Below, in pieces: positions 1-15,328 of a stretch of 64,000 nucleotides of DNA. The position numbers and the translations under genes were made by a program. The notes below the pieces were generated by a model, which did not search any database, was not told the origin of the DNA, and saw nothing but the letters and a program-made list of their open reading frames with translations. Numbering within the stretch: the first letter of the stretch is position 1; each line of letters starts with the position of its first letter. The DNA is from Chrysomallon squamiferum (taxonomy: Eukaryota; Animalia; Mollusca), in contig CM022672.1 in assembly GCA_012295275.1 (NCBI GenBank), positions 21,824,001 through 21,888,000 on the forward strand, written 5' to 3'.

Positions 1-3000
1 ATTTTCACCAGCGGCTCTTTGACATTAGGTGACCACAAGGTTACAGTTCCTGAAAAAAAATAAAAAAAAAAAATTGAAACATTTTAATTAAGATAATTCG
101 TTATTTAAATCTTGTATATTTTACTATTGTGTAACTTGTCTGGAAAGAATTGCATTATCAATCCTGAAAAGAGGCCAGAAACTTTTTAAATTCAAATAAT
201 TCATTATTTAAATCTCATATTATATGGTTGTGAATTTTGTCTGTGGTGTTACTGCATGCATTTAAATAATATTCTGCATTTGTACCTTATTTTTGGTTGC
301 TACTTTTTTCTGATTTGAATTTTTTTTAAAAATTCATTGGCTCTCTAATAAAATGTAACATATCTTTTTAAACTTTAAACACACAAAAATGCAAACTTAT
401 GATTGGAGACAATTGTTAACAAAAATTCACTACAATATGTGTTTTAACCATGCTGCCTTATATTGATCACTGATTGGCTGATTTTCATGGGAAAACAAAT
501 TACACCAGTGAACATTATTAGAAAATGTTAAACTTTAATGAGTACATATTCTAACTTCAAAATGAACTTAAAATCAGTTTTCTTCCAAATTCATTTCATT
601 TGGTTCGAACTGTGCAAATTCCTGTTACAAAGACAACAGATACTGAAGAACTTGCCCCTTGCATGTCCGAGGTGTATTATAGCATTGGCTGGGTTTTTAC
701 ACATGACATCCAGCCTTCCCAGTTTAGTCTTATGTCCTGCAACTGCCTTTCCAACTGATATATCAATGTATGACAAAAAACCTTTAGAACTCTGAAAATT
801 TCAAACAGATATAAACGAAACAGTCTCTTTAATGAAATCATGCACACACAGCAGCTATTACACATTTTTGTGTAATTTAGAATATTAAATATTCTACATT
901 CAAACTGGAACTGTGTAAGAGTTTTAATGAAAGAGTAAATTAAACTTTATGATTTCTCTACATTTGATTAATATTTACAGTTCAGTTCTTAAATAAATCT
1001 GTCAGTATGGTGCAGTATCAAATGGCAGCATGATAATTTTTTAACTTGCTTAATAAGAAATAATATTCTAGCACTAATTATTAAATGAACTTTTATATGA
1101 TTATAAACAAAGCTTTTTATATTCAGATAATTTTCTTTCAAGGTTAATAACAGTCACAACAATTAATATAACCATGTATATTACTTCACGTCAAAGTTTA
1201 GTAATACTGATGTTTATGTTGATAGCTTCAACCATTAATATAGCTACATATATTTCTTTCAATTAAAGTTCAGTATTAATTATGCTTATGTTTATAACCA
1301 ACAATGAATATAACCATACTTCAAAATAAATAATTATAGAATTTGACATACAGATGAAGCAAGCAGGAAATGGTATGGAAGGAATTCCATTCTCAAAACA
1401 CTGTCCAGCATTTTCAGACAGTGCAGTTCAATGCCCTGATTGTCGTACATGTATGTCCACTGCTTCTGTGCAACTGCAAACATAGTTTCCTGATGCAACC
1501 ACCTAAAACACACACAAGTAAATACAATCAAATATTTAATATTTGATACCATCTAAATAAAAATAATTAAAATTTAAAAAAAAAGAAAACAATATTATTG
1601 GTAATAACTTGTACATGTGTCTTAAACATATTTATGTTGATTTTTTTTCTGTGCTGTATATATATATAAATATATATATTTTTTTAATGTTTTTATGTAT
1701 GAAACAAGTCACAAAAGAAAGGAAAATAGCAGTTTTAAGGAATTTGTTTTTATTATTAAATAAAATCTGAATAGTTCTAAAAAAAGTGAAACTTTTCACA
1801 AACATAAAAAACAACAACTAAATAATGAAAAAAGATAATGTTACTTGTACAATAACAGAAGACAAAATTGTCATCTCATTGTTGTAATTTTACTTAAAAC
1901 ATTAACTTTAAATTTTTTATTAAAACAGTTTCAGAAACTGCCTCTCACTTGACATCATGAGTAGTCTCCATCACATTCATTTCACACAAGAGTTTTTTTG
2001 TCTGCCAGTCAATGGCTGCCACATGTCCTCTAGATCCACCAATCAGTAGATACCTTTCAAAAATAACATTAACTCATAAAAATTCCAAGTTTAAGAAAAA
2101 TATCAAAATTATTATCAATTAAAACAAAAGTAGTAAAGAATGTTCTTTTCATAAATATGTAAAAACTGTATTCCAGAATTTCCACTTAAAAGAATGATAA
2201 CTATTTTGCCATGAATCATACATTTAAAAACAGCAATCACAGTATTAAAAATTAAAATCAAAATATATTTTAAAATTATTTAAATTTCTATCACCTGCCG
2301 TTTCTTGTGTAGTTCATTCTGTATGGTCCAAAATCAGCAAGTTTCAGCTCAAAGAACTGAAAAACACAAAATAAACATTTACATTGTAAGTCATGTGGGT
2401 TTCTCACCAACATCTTCCACATCACAGTAATTTTGGAAACCAATAACTAAGGATTTATCTATTTATTTTTATGGTCATAACAATAACTGAACTTACAGAA
2501 TAATGTTAACAGTTCTCTGATGTTGCTGCCACTTAACCCACAAAAATTATAAACCAGTGCTGTGATATATTTGTAAAATAACTGTATTGGTCTTACACTG
2601 CAAACATATTAATAAACATCTCATCTGTTTATATTTGTTATTTACAAGATGAGTGATGCCGGAAATTAAAAGAAATGATCAAGTCCTTTGGTGTTACTGT
2701 ATCAAACTCTTTTACTATTAAGCAATCTGGTTATTTATTAAAAATCACTAATTTGAGAATGCTTATGGTGGTATGAACTAACTGCTACTAGTGAAAACTT
2801 ACGACCATACAGAAAATAAGTAATGTGTGACAGCAGAGGTTCAACAATAACAATATATTCCTGCACAGCATATTTTTAATCTTTAGTTTGAATCAAAATG
2901 TGCTGCTATCACCGAGTTTCAGATGAAATTCGCAATGCAGCTCAGATTTAGCAATACCTACTGATATTCACCAAACACTGTTCTAAGTAGTAAAACATCT

Positions 3001-6000
3001 CAGTCTCATGATTACTAGTGGAACTGAGGGTGAGATTTCAGATATTATCCTATACTTAATATATCAACCTTTTCAGCACTAGCAATGTCCACAGCATTGA
3101 CGATGTCGAACTGACTAATGTCTGCAGTGTTCTCGCCTTCTTCTGGCTCTAAAAACCTGCACAAATACAATGAGAATCATCATCATCATTTTACACATTA
3201 TATGGTCAAATGACTTGAGTTGTGAGTTTTCAGTGAGCACATTACTATTTAGAAATTAATTGATGGAAATGTTTTAACCTGGATCTTTAATATACATACA
3301 CACATAAATAATTACATATGTATATGTGTGTGTGTGTGTGTACACACACATACAGACACAAAAATAATAATGATAAAATACAAAAAATAAAATAGCAACA
3401 AATAAAATTCAAGAAAGCTCAGAAAACATGATGAATATATTGGTATAATTAATTATTAAACTTTATGGATTTTATTATTTTGAATCTTTATTAGGATTTT
3501 AAATTTCAACTTACCCAGTATCTTCTTGTAAAAGCAATTCTGATCTTGCTGAAAGTTTGACAGCATAATTAGATTTTTTCTCCTTGTCTTTTAATTCATA
3601 CGTCCCTCTTTGTGTCCTTGCAGATTTCTGTGAAAAGATATAAGCAAAAAGAACAACAGTTTTAACTAAACTGACTGACAATGTTAGTATTTTTTAATCA
3701 ATGCTTGAAGCTAATTTGTTTTCAATCCTTGTAACATGATTATAGTAAATATTATTTATGAATCAAATGAATAGTTGTGTTCAATGTCATCATTTAAAAC
3801 AGGAAGACAACAGTGCTCATTTAAATGAAAAATATTTACCCATTCAGTTTCTTGCAAAAATTCCAAAATGCTATAAAGTGCAAATTGGATATAATTCTCA
3901 CAAAGCAATTACTAAAGACACAAGAAAAAGAAACACAGACATTTCTATTTGAAATACTTGCATATATATGCAGTGTGACACAGTAATACTGTTTTTGACA
4001 ACAACTATGGAAATAATACAGTGCTATGAAATTACAACATTCTGTGCCTTGCTTGTGTATGATTAACTTTTTAATGTTTTGTAAGTAGTAGTAACATACA
4101 TCTTTGAGTTTTTGGCCTCTCTGGTATTTCTTAATCTTTTCCTTTGGTATAGGTGCATCACCTGGATATGGATCAATCTGAAATATAACATGTGTATAAA
4201 ACAATAATTAAGGTGTTGAATTTATTATAATAAATTTATAATTACTTGCCTAAATGTTACATAATGTTAGTATGTAAATTCACATCTCTACACATTCACA
4301 CACACACAAAAACAAATTTATATACTGAGTTCACAATAAATATTTAATCAGATAGTTGAAATTAAACATTTATAATATAATATAACCAGGTTATTCATTT
4401 TGCTATATAACAAGTTGTTTTCATTGGATTACTAATAAAATAAAAAAAAAAATAAATAAAATAAACAACATAAAAAAAATATATATATATAATAAATAAA
4501 TAAATAAATAAAAATAATAACAAAAATCACAAATAAATAAATAAATAAATAAATAAAGAGTATTGAAAATAATCCCAAAATGTTTTCACATAAAAACTAA
4601 ATGACCTAACAATGGTGATACATACTTGGGTTGTTTTACACTGTTTAATTTTTAAAAATGTTTTGAAATGTTAGATAAGTAATATTTCCATCACAATTAA
4701 GAACAAATTTATATAATATTTAATCAAATTATTTAAATGTATCAAAACAAAATATACCTTTCTATAAGATCGTGGTTTTTTATCATTCTGGCTGTGTTGT
4801 TTATTTTTATGACCCATTTGATACTTCTTAGATCTGAAGCCTGATGTAACAGCTTTGTTCTTTTTAAAAACTTTGGAACTGTGATGTTTGCTTTGCCATC
4901 TCCTGATGTTGTTTTGAAGCCTCTTTTCTGATAACTTGTTGGTAACAGGATTGAACGTTTCCACCTTTTCTGAATCTTTGGTACTAGTGCAGAAATATCT
5001 TGAAGATGGTTTTTTGTGAGGCTGGAAAAAAAATATATACATATTTTTTGTTTTTTAAATAATTGGTAGTAATTTTAAACATTCCAGATTCGTTATGCCA
5101 ATTTTTGTAATTTTGTATACATGTATGATAAATGGTTTATATTTAGTAACTTAGATACCAAAGCATTTATCCATTTTCCAAAATACTGCTGCTTTCGAAA
5201 CTGGCAGGCTTTGTAGTAAACTGCCATTTTGTTTCAATTTGTATGGCATACATATCTCAAGTCAGTGTAAGTACTACAGGTGCTGTGTTTGCTTGCCTCT
5301 CTTTATATTTATTTAATTATTAGACCCATTTTACTGTAATTTTCTGTTAATTCTGTGCCTAAAAGACCACCTGAGATAATTTTTTACTGGGAATGTGAAA
5401 CTAAAGCATATTTGCATCTAACTTATTAAAGAAAGGAAAATTATGAATGAGAATCAGAAAAATTAAGTCATATTTCTGGTCTGGAAATAGTTAAAATAAT
5501 TATTCTGAATGAACTGAAGTCACAGTTGTTTTGTTTAATAAATAAAATGTTAATGTCATCTCTGCTGATAGGATGGATACTGAACCATTTTTCATTTCAG
5601 CTAGTGACTGAAGGTCTTCAGATATTGTTGTGTGACATGGGAAGTGCATAGTTACAGTTTATAATGTATAATGAGTATTAAACTATTACGTGACTGATTT
5701 TTGATGATGTAAATATAACCATTTATTGTTAGGTTCTTCTGTATCATTAAAAACAAAATGTGTGTGTATCTTATTATCTATCTGTATATCTATATATGTA
5801 TCATTACATGGGAGTACCAACGTACGCGGCACTAGTAGTACTAGTATTAGTAATGTAAATGTGTGGTATGTGCTAAACCTCCTGTCATTTATTGATAATA
5901 ATATAACTGCTCGTAAGTCTAAATTATAAATAATCTGGGAAAGACTAAGTTTTTGAGTCTGATTTTTAATTTACCATTTTAAACTTTTGTTTCTTTTCGT

Positions 6001-6010
6001 TTGCTTCCAT
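1..6010 (-). CDS. WDR46: WD repeat-containing protein 46 (Utp7/BING4, SSU processome); 5' part, continues beyond the window start
   Basis: Phase-consistent exons on the minus strand: 6010-5975, 5021-4758, 4177-4100, 3627-3515, 3156-3069, 2356-2295, 2053-1949, 1502-1352, 791-656, 49-1. The translation contains hallmark WDR46 segments: [126 protein letters not shown]. Confidence 0.95.
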
Positions 6011-6063
6011 ATCTTCCTATGACGTTTAGAATTCACCAATGCTGTAAAATTAATCAACAACCA

Positions 6064-6086
6064 CACGTGTTTACAGTTACTTCCGG
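6064..6086. promoter_or_regulatory. Putative WDR46 proximal promoter motifs: E-box CACGTG (6064-6069) and ETS site CCGGAAGT (6079-6086)
   Basis: Exact consensus matches 55-75 bp upstream of the ATG at 6010. Myc E-boxes and ETS sites are typical of ribosome-biogenesis/housekeeping promoters. Function is inferred. Confidence 0.45.
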
Positions 6087-6320
6087 TTTTGATGTGCAAA
6101 CGATATAGATTCAAGTTAATAAAACGGAACGGAACATAAATTAGGAAATGGTATTTTGAATTTATAGGGATCGAAACAGATATCTGTATACTTTATTATT
6201 TATCTAGCAACACGCTTTGGGAACTTACTTTTTGGAAATTAAGTTGCTCAAATTGTGCTAAATAAATTCAAATTTTAAAGTTTAAAAGTAAATGTATGTG
6301 TATGTATCTATCTATCTATC

Positions 6321-6392
<72 letters not shown>

Positions 6393-7444
6393 CTGCAAAT
6401 TAAATACAACCACAGTATTTTGTCATATAGTAAATACATAAATAAATAAAATTATAATAAATGACTTTAATATAAATTTTCTGTGTAAAATATCAAATCT
6501 ATGTTATTTAGGCTAGGATTTCATGTATCCAGTCAACATCGACACAATAGCGATTTATACTACTATGCAACACATTTTGATCAAATAAATTTTAAGACGC
6601 CAAAGAAAGATGGCAGTCATTATCACTTACACTGGTAATATCCATATATTTTAAAGCTGTTCAATATCCGTTTTCCCTGATGACGACGCATCACAGAGCA
6701 TAAAATTGCTCATGAGAAACTTTTTGCAACTGTTCTGTCCTGTTAGGGTAGAGAGAAAAAAAAAAGTATATATATATATATATATATATATATTACATCT
6801 AGAAATAAAATAAAATAAAATAAAATAAAAATCATCAATATTTAAGAAGTCGTTATTATTAATAGTAGTATTATTATTTTGTTTTAATTTTTGTTTTATG
6901 TTGTTTTGTTTGTGTTTGTAAGTATATGGTTCTTTTTAATTCAGTAGTTTTTTAGTCAATCTATAATTATTTATACTATAAAAAATTTCGAATTTGTTTA
7001 TGTTATTTATTTAATTAATTAATTAATTATTTGTTTGTTTTTAAATCAGTTATTAAATGCAGGTATATCTAGATGGTGGGTTTTGTAGGTTTTTGCCTTT
7101 TGTTGTTTTCTTAGATGTTTTTCTTTTTGCTACCCCATAAAACCCCATAATATCAATTATACCAGGCAATGTCTGTAACACTTAGAAGTAAATTTGCTAG
7201 CAACTGAAGATTTAAAGATTTCATTCCTAGAACTATGTCCCAAAAGAATAATATTAATAACAACAACAACAACAATAATAATAATAAAAAAAATACAGAC
7301 TGCAATATTTTGCTATATTTTCAAAATCTGCTGATGAGTAAATATTTAAGATGGGTTTACAAAATCGAAAGCACTCGTTTACTACAAGCCGGAAAAGAAT
7401 CAAAACAGCAATAATAAATAAATAAAAGTTGCACAGACCGAAAC

Positions 7445-7650
7445 TGTACCCTTTCGTGTTGACGGATTCAGAATGTAAGAATTTTTCCGTGACGGATTCA
7501 GGTAAGAATCGGCGCTTTGTGTTATCAATGAATTTCGTGTCTGTACCCTTTCGTGTTGACGGATTCAGAATGTAAGAATTTCGTTGTGTCGTGTCTGTAC
7601 TCTTTCGTGTTGACGGATTCAGAATGTAAGAATTTCGTTGTGTCGCGTCG
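7445..7650. repeat. 54-bp minisatellite (2 near-complete copies plus partial copies), core TTTCGTGTTGACGGATTCAGAATGTAAGAATTT
   Basis: The core recurs at about 7452, 7548 and 7602, with a partial copy at about 7490. This explains the repeated peptide in ORF 7254..7673. Confidence 0.85.
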
Positions 7651-8420
7651 GTATTACTTCGGTGTTGTGTCACAGTCCTTTGAAATAGTTAATAAGTATT
7701 ATATATTCCCCTATATGTAACACAATCTAAAGTGTTTGAAAGCGTTAATAAGTATAACATATCATCAAAATATAACATATAATCTTCCTGTTTTAAATAA
7801 AGTAATTGTGTGTTATATTAATTACACATATTACCTCGTGATGCTAAATATTAGTTCCATGATAATTCAGGACGAAAGATTTAATAATAATATTATAATT
7901 TATTTACTGCAGCTTTCCCATCTTGAATAAGAATAAAACTGTTTAAAAATATTTTGAAAATATATCTATGTTAGTATAACGCTGTATTTCTTTTCTGCAC
8001 TTGTTGGGAAAGCAGCTACATGGGGAATATGAGTAGATTTAAAAAAAAAAAAAAAAAAAAAATAAAAGAAGAAAAATAACCAGAAAAAAGAAAGAAAATA
8101 AAAGACCCCCCAAAAAAAAAAAAAAAAAAACAAACAAAAAAAACAACCACATTGATATTTTATTGGTTCTTTAAAAAAAAAGATACAAAGAAAAGAAAAA
8201 GTAAAGGACATTCATAAGATTTTAAGCCTATCAAAATGGATAAATAGCAATAATCGAATATAAATATGCACCAGTACATGAAAAGATATAGAATAAGGAA
8301 TTGCATAAAAACATTAAATAGAAACAGTTTTAAAATTCGAAATTATTGCTAGTTCTTTTCCCAATTTTCGAATTAATTATATTCTTCTTCTTGTTGTTGT
8401 TTTGTTTCCATCATCTTTAC

Positions 8421-8463
<43 letters not shown>

Positions 8464-9349
8464 TATGTAAATTATATACGTCATCAGTGCCTTAATTATG
8501 ATTTTGTTTTATTTTATTTTATTTTCCTTTTCTTTTCATATCGGAACATATTATTATTATATCTTTTTTAGAACGGACAGTCCAATGTTTCAACATCAAA
8601 GAGACAGACAGACAGACAGGTAGATAAGTATGTACGTGTTTGTATATGTATGTGTGTGTTTATGTTTGTGTATGTGTGTGTGTGCAGGTATGTGTGTTAG
8701 TCTCTCTCTGTGTATTTCTTTCAATAGTCAAGTAAAATATAAAATAATTCAGATCATTGAATATTTTTATTTGATATACTTTTGTCTTTAGATATTACTC
8801 AGATCTGAAAAAAAAAAAAATTAACAAATAATAGTTATCATGTATTTTTTAAATTTTATTATTATTATTGTTACTAGAAAATCTAACAATGATCGTTATA
8901 ACTTTAAAGATCAATGTAAAGACAATCATCTCCATAGTAGATATTAATTTTACAGTAACTTAACAATACTACTGTGTATGTAGTGTTATGAATTTGAAGT
9001 GAATATTTGTATATATGCATAAATATACATATTTACGTGTCTTTGAAAAGAAGTAAAAAATTATTATTATTTTTAAAATTATATTTTCAAAAACATTTTT
9101 ACGACCTCGTTTATTTTCTTTTTCCCTAGATTTCATAAATTTGTATTTTTATGCATTATATTAGTGAAATTTCATCGTGTTAAAGCAATAGATTAAAGTA
9201 CAAATTTGTGAATTCTAAATTTGTAATCGTTTAAAACCTATAAGACGTTTGCTAAAGCTGTTTGCTTTTAAAAGGGTCTGAATATTGACGTTATTTTCTT
9301 GTTATTCGTATTCTTGTAGTTCTTCTTCTTTTTATCATCATCATCATCA

Positions 9350-9401
<52 letters not shown>

Positions 9402-10222
9402 GAAGAGTGGCAACAAAACATTAAAATATGTTGCATTATCACAATGGAGCATGAAATGAAAACTGCAGTAAAAATAATTTATAATATTATTCTGTTTTCT
9501 TAAGTTTATTAATATAAAAGTAACCTGTAATGAAACTTCTTTCAAGATGAGCAGGATGTCAACTTATTACGTACTAACAGGATTAATCGTGTTACTTTTG
9601 TCTTTAATAAGTATGGAACTCACCAGTAGTTTCTGTCACTTGTTCATCCTTGCTAAAAATAGCTGATGAAAGTAAATGACAGATAATTATTATATGCAGA
9701 ACATTAAAAATAGTTAATTATTCTCCGTACTAAACATGAAGGGTGCTAATTAAAATAAATATAACTAATTATCTGTTTTAGAAAATTAAAATGGTGATAA
9801 CTGAATTAACCATAATTAATCATTATCTATACAATATGTAAAGGGTGCTGATTAAAACGTAGTTAATTATTATAATATATTTGTTTGCATTGTTTTTGTG
9901 TCACTGTGTTGTTCTTACGTTATTATATGTTATTATATTATATAGCTGTTACAGATAAAGTTAAATGATTCGGTACATTTTAGGGTTAATGTTGTAATTT
10001 CGCGATTTCCTAGAAATTTGCATTTTCCGGACCGGTACTTCTCCCTCAGTTAGTCCGCAAAATTGAGGGTCAACAGTAATTAATTAATATTTGTAGCAAA
10101 TTTAAAAGGACCCGATTAAAATAATTATAGTTAATTACTATATGTAGAACATTTTAATGGTCTTGATTAATATTTTGGCACCTTGCCACAGAGAACAGGA
10201 ATATGGGCCAATGGAAGCTTTG

Positions 10223-10331
<109 letters not shown>

Positions 10332-10407
10332 AGAGTCATTATACATAAGCGCACTTACTATTCGTGAAAAACATTATATTCCGGAAAACTTAATTGTCTG
10401 TCTCCTA

Positions 10408-10454
<47 letters not shown>

Positions 10455-10887
10455 TAGTGAAAACAATAGCATGCATATAAATGGATGGATAGTTGAATGG
10501 ATAGATATATAGACAGAAAAATAGATAGCTGGATGGATGGATGGAATATTAACAATAATACTGTAGCTAAATATCCTGAATAAACTGATTAGAACTGTAC
10601 ATATATATTAATATGTATTTTAGCATTTTGAATATTCTCTGTCTTATGAACGTCTGATTAGGCTCTGCACGTAGACAATATTCGGGAACGCAGTGGGACA
10701 GGAGGACAGCGGACAGACAGACAGAAGAACACATATACACGCACAATAAATTAGTATTTAAATATATTACCATTGTAATCATAATTCATAGCAGCTATCA
10801 CATACGTTACTGCTGAACCGAAGATTTTATCTAAATGATGATAATGATAATGATAATAATAATGATAATAATAATAATAATATTATG

Positions 10888-10935
<48 letters not shown>

Positions 10936-10936
10936 T

Positions 10937-10972
<36 letters not shown>

Positions 10973-11162
10973 CAATAATAATAATCATAATGATAAATAA
11001 ATAAATAAATAAAATAAGAAAGTAAAAATAATCACAGCAGCAATTAGCTGTATAAAATACACTGATGACAGATAGATAGATCGAACTAGATAAAAATAAC
11101 GTATTACGGATAAACACATTTTTCTTTGACTTGTTTTCACATACATACATACATACATACAT

Positions 11163-11207
<45 letters not shown>

Positions 11208-11494
11208 CACACACACACACACAATCACACACATAAATACAAGCATGTCAAGATAAATATATATCTCTGCACGTATGCATGAATTTGACTATTTTACTGT
11301 GTCTGAGTTTTCAAAATTTAAACCTCTCAGAACTGGATAAATATTTTATAGTAATGGTAGTCGAAATTTTAAATTTATTTATTTATTTATGTTTACAGAC
11401 AACACGGTTTATGATAAAAGTAGTATGAGATGGTCGGATCGTCGTTCTGATGTTGATTTATTGATCAAATGAATGGAATACTACTCCTACTACT

Positions 11495-11605
<111 letters not shown>

Positions 11606-11992
11606 ATAATAATAATAATATAACTCGCCTTAAATTTGTTTACATTATCTTTATAATTCATGCTTTATTAGAAATAATCCTACTACGTCAGTGTGATTAT
11701 AAGATTACTGTCTGGGCGGGCACTTGCAGAGATATGTTATGCATTTGCTGTACTATCTGAAATAAACAGTTACATCATACAAACCGTTTTCAGTCTCATC
11801 ACCGAAGGAGCTGAACAATTCCATGCTGTCTAAGAAGCCATTTGAGTTCGAATCCGCAAAAACGAAGGTTAGTACTGACCTTTTCACTTCGTTTTTATTA
11901 TATTGTGAGTCTGTCCATAAAAAAAAAAGTAATAGAAAGAAAGAAATAAAACTAAAGAAAACTGAAATGTGACAAGACAAGAAGGGAAAAAA

Positions 11993-12059
<67 letters not shown>

Positions 12060-13909
12060 TTCCTTGTGCTGCTGATATAAATAGAAAGTTTTTAAAATGT
12101 AATCTACAAATTCGTGATATAAATGATAGCATTTAAAATGTATTACTAATACCTAGGTTTTGGGGAAAAACAAGATTAGAATAGTTTCATGAGTTTAAAA
12201 GGGGTAGTAATGTTGATTTAAAAAAAAAAAAAAAAATTCACATAGACTTTAAATAAGTACCAATTTCTTTTCACTTTTGCCCAAATATCCCCACAAATTT
12301 TGCCCGAATTATCGTGATCTACATTATCGGCATAATTTAAATGAATAACGTGCAAAATAAAATAAAATAAAATAAAACGAAGAAATGCCAATGCACTCAC
12401 AACAAATGCTAATCTTACATACTCATCTTCAGTGAATTTACCGTCGTCTGCAAACACAAAAGAGAGCATAGGAATTTTCAGTTTATTTCTTTTAACTTTG
12501 TATAAAATGAATTCAACTTCTGTTATTAATATATATATATATACGTTGTTCACATATTAAGTTGCTTAGGAATTAATGCGGATTTTATCAGTTTTCGCTA
12601 ATAACAATTAAAAAAAAAAAAAAAAAAAAAAAAAATGAAATTCAAATCAAACGTTGGGCAGAGAATACAGTTATTCTAGTAATACCTCTGAATAATTTTG
12701 ATTTGAATAATAATGACAATAATAATAATAACAGCAACAACAACAACAACAACAACAACAAATAAAAAATGATGATGATGATGATGATATTCATACTGAT
12801 GATGATGATAATGATACTAGCAATAACAAAAACTTTTGTAACACACTCATTCGTAATTTCTATTGCCTTCCACTCGTTCAACTTACTGTTTATATCAGCC
12901 ATTGATCGTATTATTCTGATGTCATCAGACGTCAGTTGGTTATCTCCATTTGCATCGCCTATTCTGAATAGTATTCTCTCCATTTCGTGTGGGTAATGTT
13001 GTATGTCATAAAACTCTCTTTCTCTTAAGCCAAGAGTAACTAAAAACAAAAAAAAAAAAAAAAAAAAAAAATAAATAAATAAATAAATAAAAACAAAGAA
13101 AGAAAGAAGGAGAATTAGAAAAAAGCAACAAACAAATAAACAAATAATACAGATGATGATGATGATGATAATAAATAAATAAATAATAAATAATAATAAA
13201 TCAAGCAAATAAACAAAAGAATAACAAACAATAAACAAATAAACACCACCAATGAATGATTGAATGAATGAATGAATGAATAAATAAATAAATAAATAAA
13301 TAATAAGTAATAAAAATTTGATGAAGAATTTTTTTTAATCCTCTGTCACTCTACTAATCTGACATTCTATAAGCTGAAGATGCAGAAACGGAACCTGTTT
13401 TGATGATAATCTTGTTTTTTTCTTCATTACTTTGATTAACCTAGAGTTAATTTCTTCATTGCTGGTGTCAAGTAACAAAAAAAAAAAAAAAAAAAAAAAA
13501 AATCAAAATCAAAAGAAAATAAAGAATTAGGGATTTTAAGCGGTATATCTAGTTTCAAGGAGGAACTTTTATGGGGCATTAAATTTCTAATTTAGAGGGT
13601 TTCGTATTTTTCTTGATCGAAAGAAATAACCTGAATATATTCGGCATATTTCCAAAGTTAGGTTTTACTTGTCGTAACATCATCCTCTATAGCGGACTGA
13701 TTTCTTTTCTTATTTCTTCTTTTTTTTTCCCTATCTACTTTTTCTGGCGTAGCGAAATAGACGTTATCAGTCTAAATGTGAACGATGACCTCGCAGGTTC
13801 ACAGTTCCAGAATTTTGTAATATTTTATTGTCATATTTTGTTATTAATAATTATTGAGTGTCTAGAGCAATACAGTAATATTATTTTATTTTAATTTTTT
13901 TTATATATT

Positions 13910-14052
13910 ATTATTATTATTATTATTATTATTTGTTTAATATATGTACATTCATTCGTACTGCCAAAAGATCACTAAGTAAAATTTCCCGCCAAATATC
14001 TTTTCATATGAAAGTAAAGAGATTGAAATAATAATAATAATAATAATAATAA

Positions 14053-14084
<32 letters not shown>

Positions 14085-14669
14085 TGATGATGATGATTAG
14101 CTGTAGTAGTAGTAGTAACAGTTATAGTAGTTGTTATAAAAATATGAATATTATTAGTAGTAGCAGTATTAGTAGTAGTTATAGTAATAGTAGTAGCAGG
14201 TTTAATGGCAGTAGTAATAATAATGATGATGGTTAGTAGTTGTAGTAGCAGTAGTAGTAGTAGTTATAATAATACTAGTATTATTATTAGTAGTAATAGT
14301 AATAGTAGTAGTAGAAACAATAGTAATAATAGTAATATTTTATGCAACTTACAGCCCAAGTTAACTGTGTGTTGTAACATTTCTAGTACAGAAAGGTCTC
14401 TATCATTGTTGAGGTCGATCGAATCAAATATCCTTACAAATTCATCGGTAAGTCTTGAATAAGAATTTATTATTATTTTAATTATTATTATTATTATTAT
14501 TATTTGTTGTTGTTCTTATTACTATTTTTATTATTGTTGTTGTTATTACTATTATTGTTACTATTATTATTATTATTATTATTATTATTACTTCACATTT
14601 TGTTGTTAATAATTATAGGGTATCTAAAGTAATACAATAATACTATTTTATTTTATATTATTATTATTA

Positions 14670-14717
<48 letters not shown>

Positions 14718-14798
14718 TTGTTACTTCACATTTTGTTATTAATAATTATAGGGTATCTAAAGCAATACAATAATACTATTTTATTAATACTATTATTA

Positions 14799-14840
<42 letters not shown>

Positions 14841-14964
14841 GTTTATCATATCTACATTCATTCGTACTACCAAAGAATCACTAGGTAAATTTTCCTGCCA
14901 TCTTTTCAGATGAAAAAGTAAAGAGACTGTATTATGAAAACTTTAACACAGTTATTTAAAAAAT

Positions 14965-15036
<72 letters not shown>

Positions 15037-15320
15037 AGTAGTAGTAGTAGTAGCAGCAGTTACAGTAATAGTAATGGCAGTATCAATAGTAACAGTAGTA
15101 GTAGTAGTAATAGTTATAGTAGTAGAAGTATTAGTATTAGTATTATTAGTAGTAATAGTTATAGTAATATTAGCAGGAGTATTATTAGTAGTAGCAGTAG
15201 TAGTAGTAGTAGCAGTATTATTAGTAGTAGCAGGTTTGGTAATAGTAGTAATAACAGTAATAATAATGATGATGAGTATTAGTAGCAGTAGTTGTTATAG
15301 TAACAGTAATAATAATTGTA
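13910..15320. repeat. Local duplication in gene A introns: approximately 85-bp unique core plus AAT/GAT/AGT arrays, at about 13945-14030 and about 14852-14930; also an approximately 70-bp tandem pair at about 14590-14660 and 14722-14790
   Basis: TACATTCATTCGTACT...AAGTAAAGAGA occurs twice, each time followed by the same succession of triplet arrays. ACTTCACATTTTGTT...GGGTATCTAAAG...CAATAATACTATTTTATT also occurs twice. Confidence 0.75.
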
Positions 15321-15328
15321 GTAATAGT

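Noticed and set aside
538-795. 85-aa plus-strand ORF
   Set aside because: Antisense shadow of WDR46 exon 791-656.
7445-7650. Repeat units that could suggest a CRISPR array or a repeat protein (ORF 7254..7673)
   Set aside because: Eukaryotic context, no unique spacers and no cas genes. It is a plain minisatellite, and the ORF runs into low-complexity sequence.
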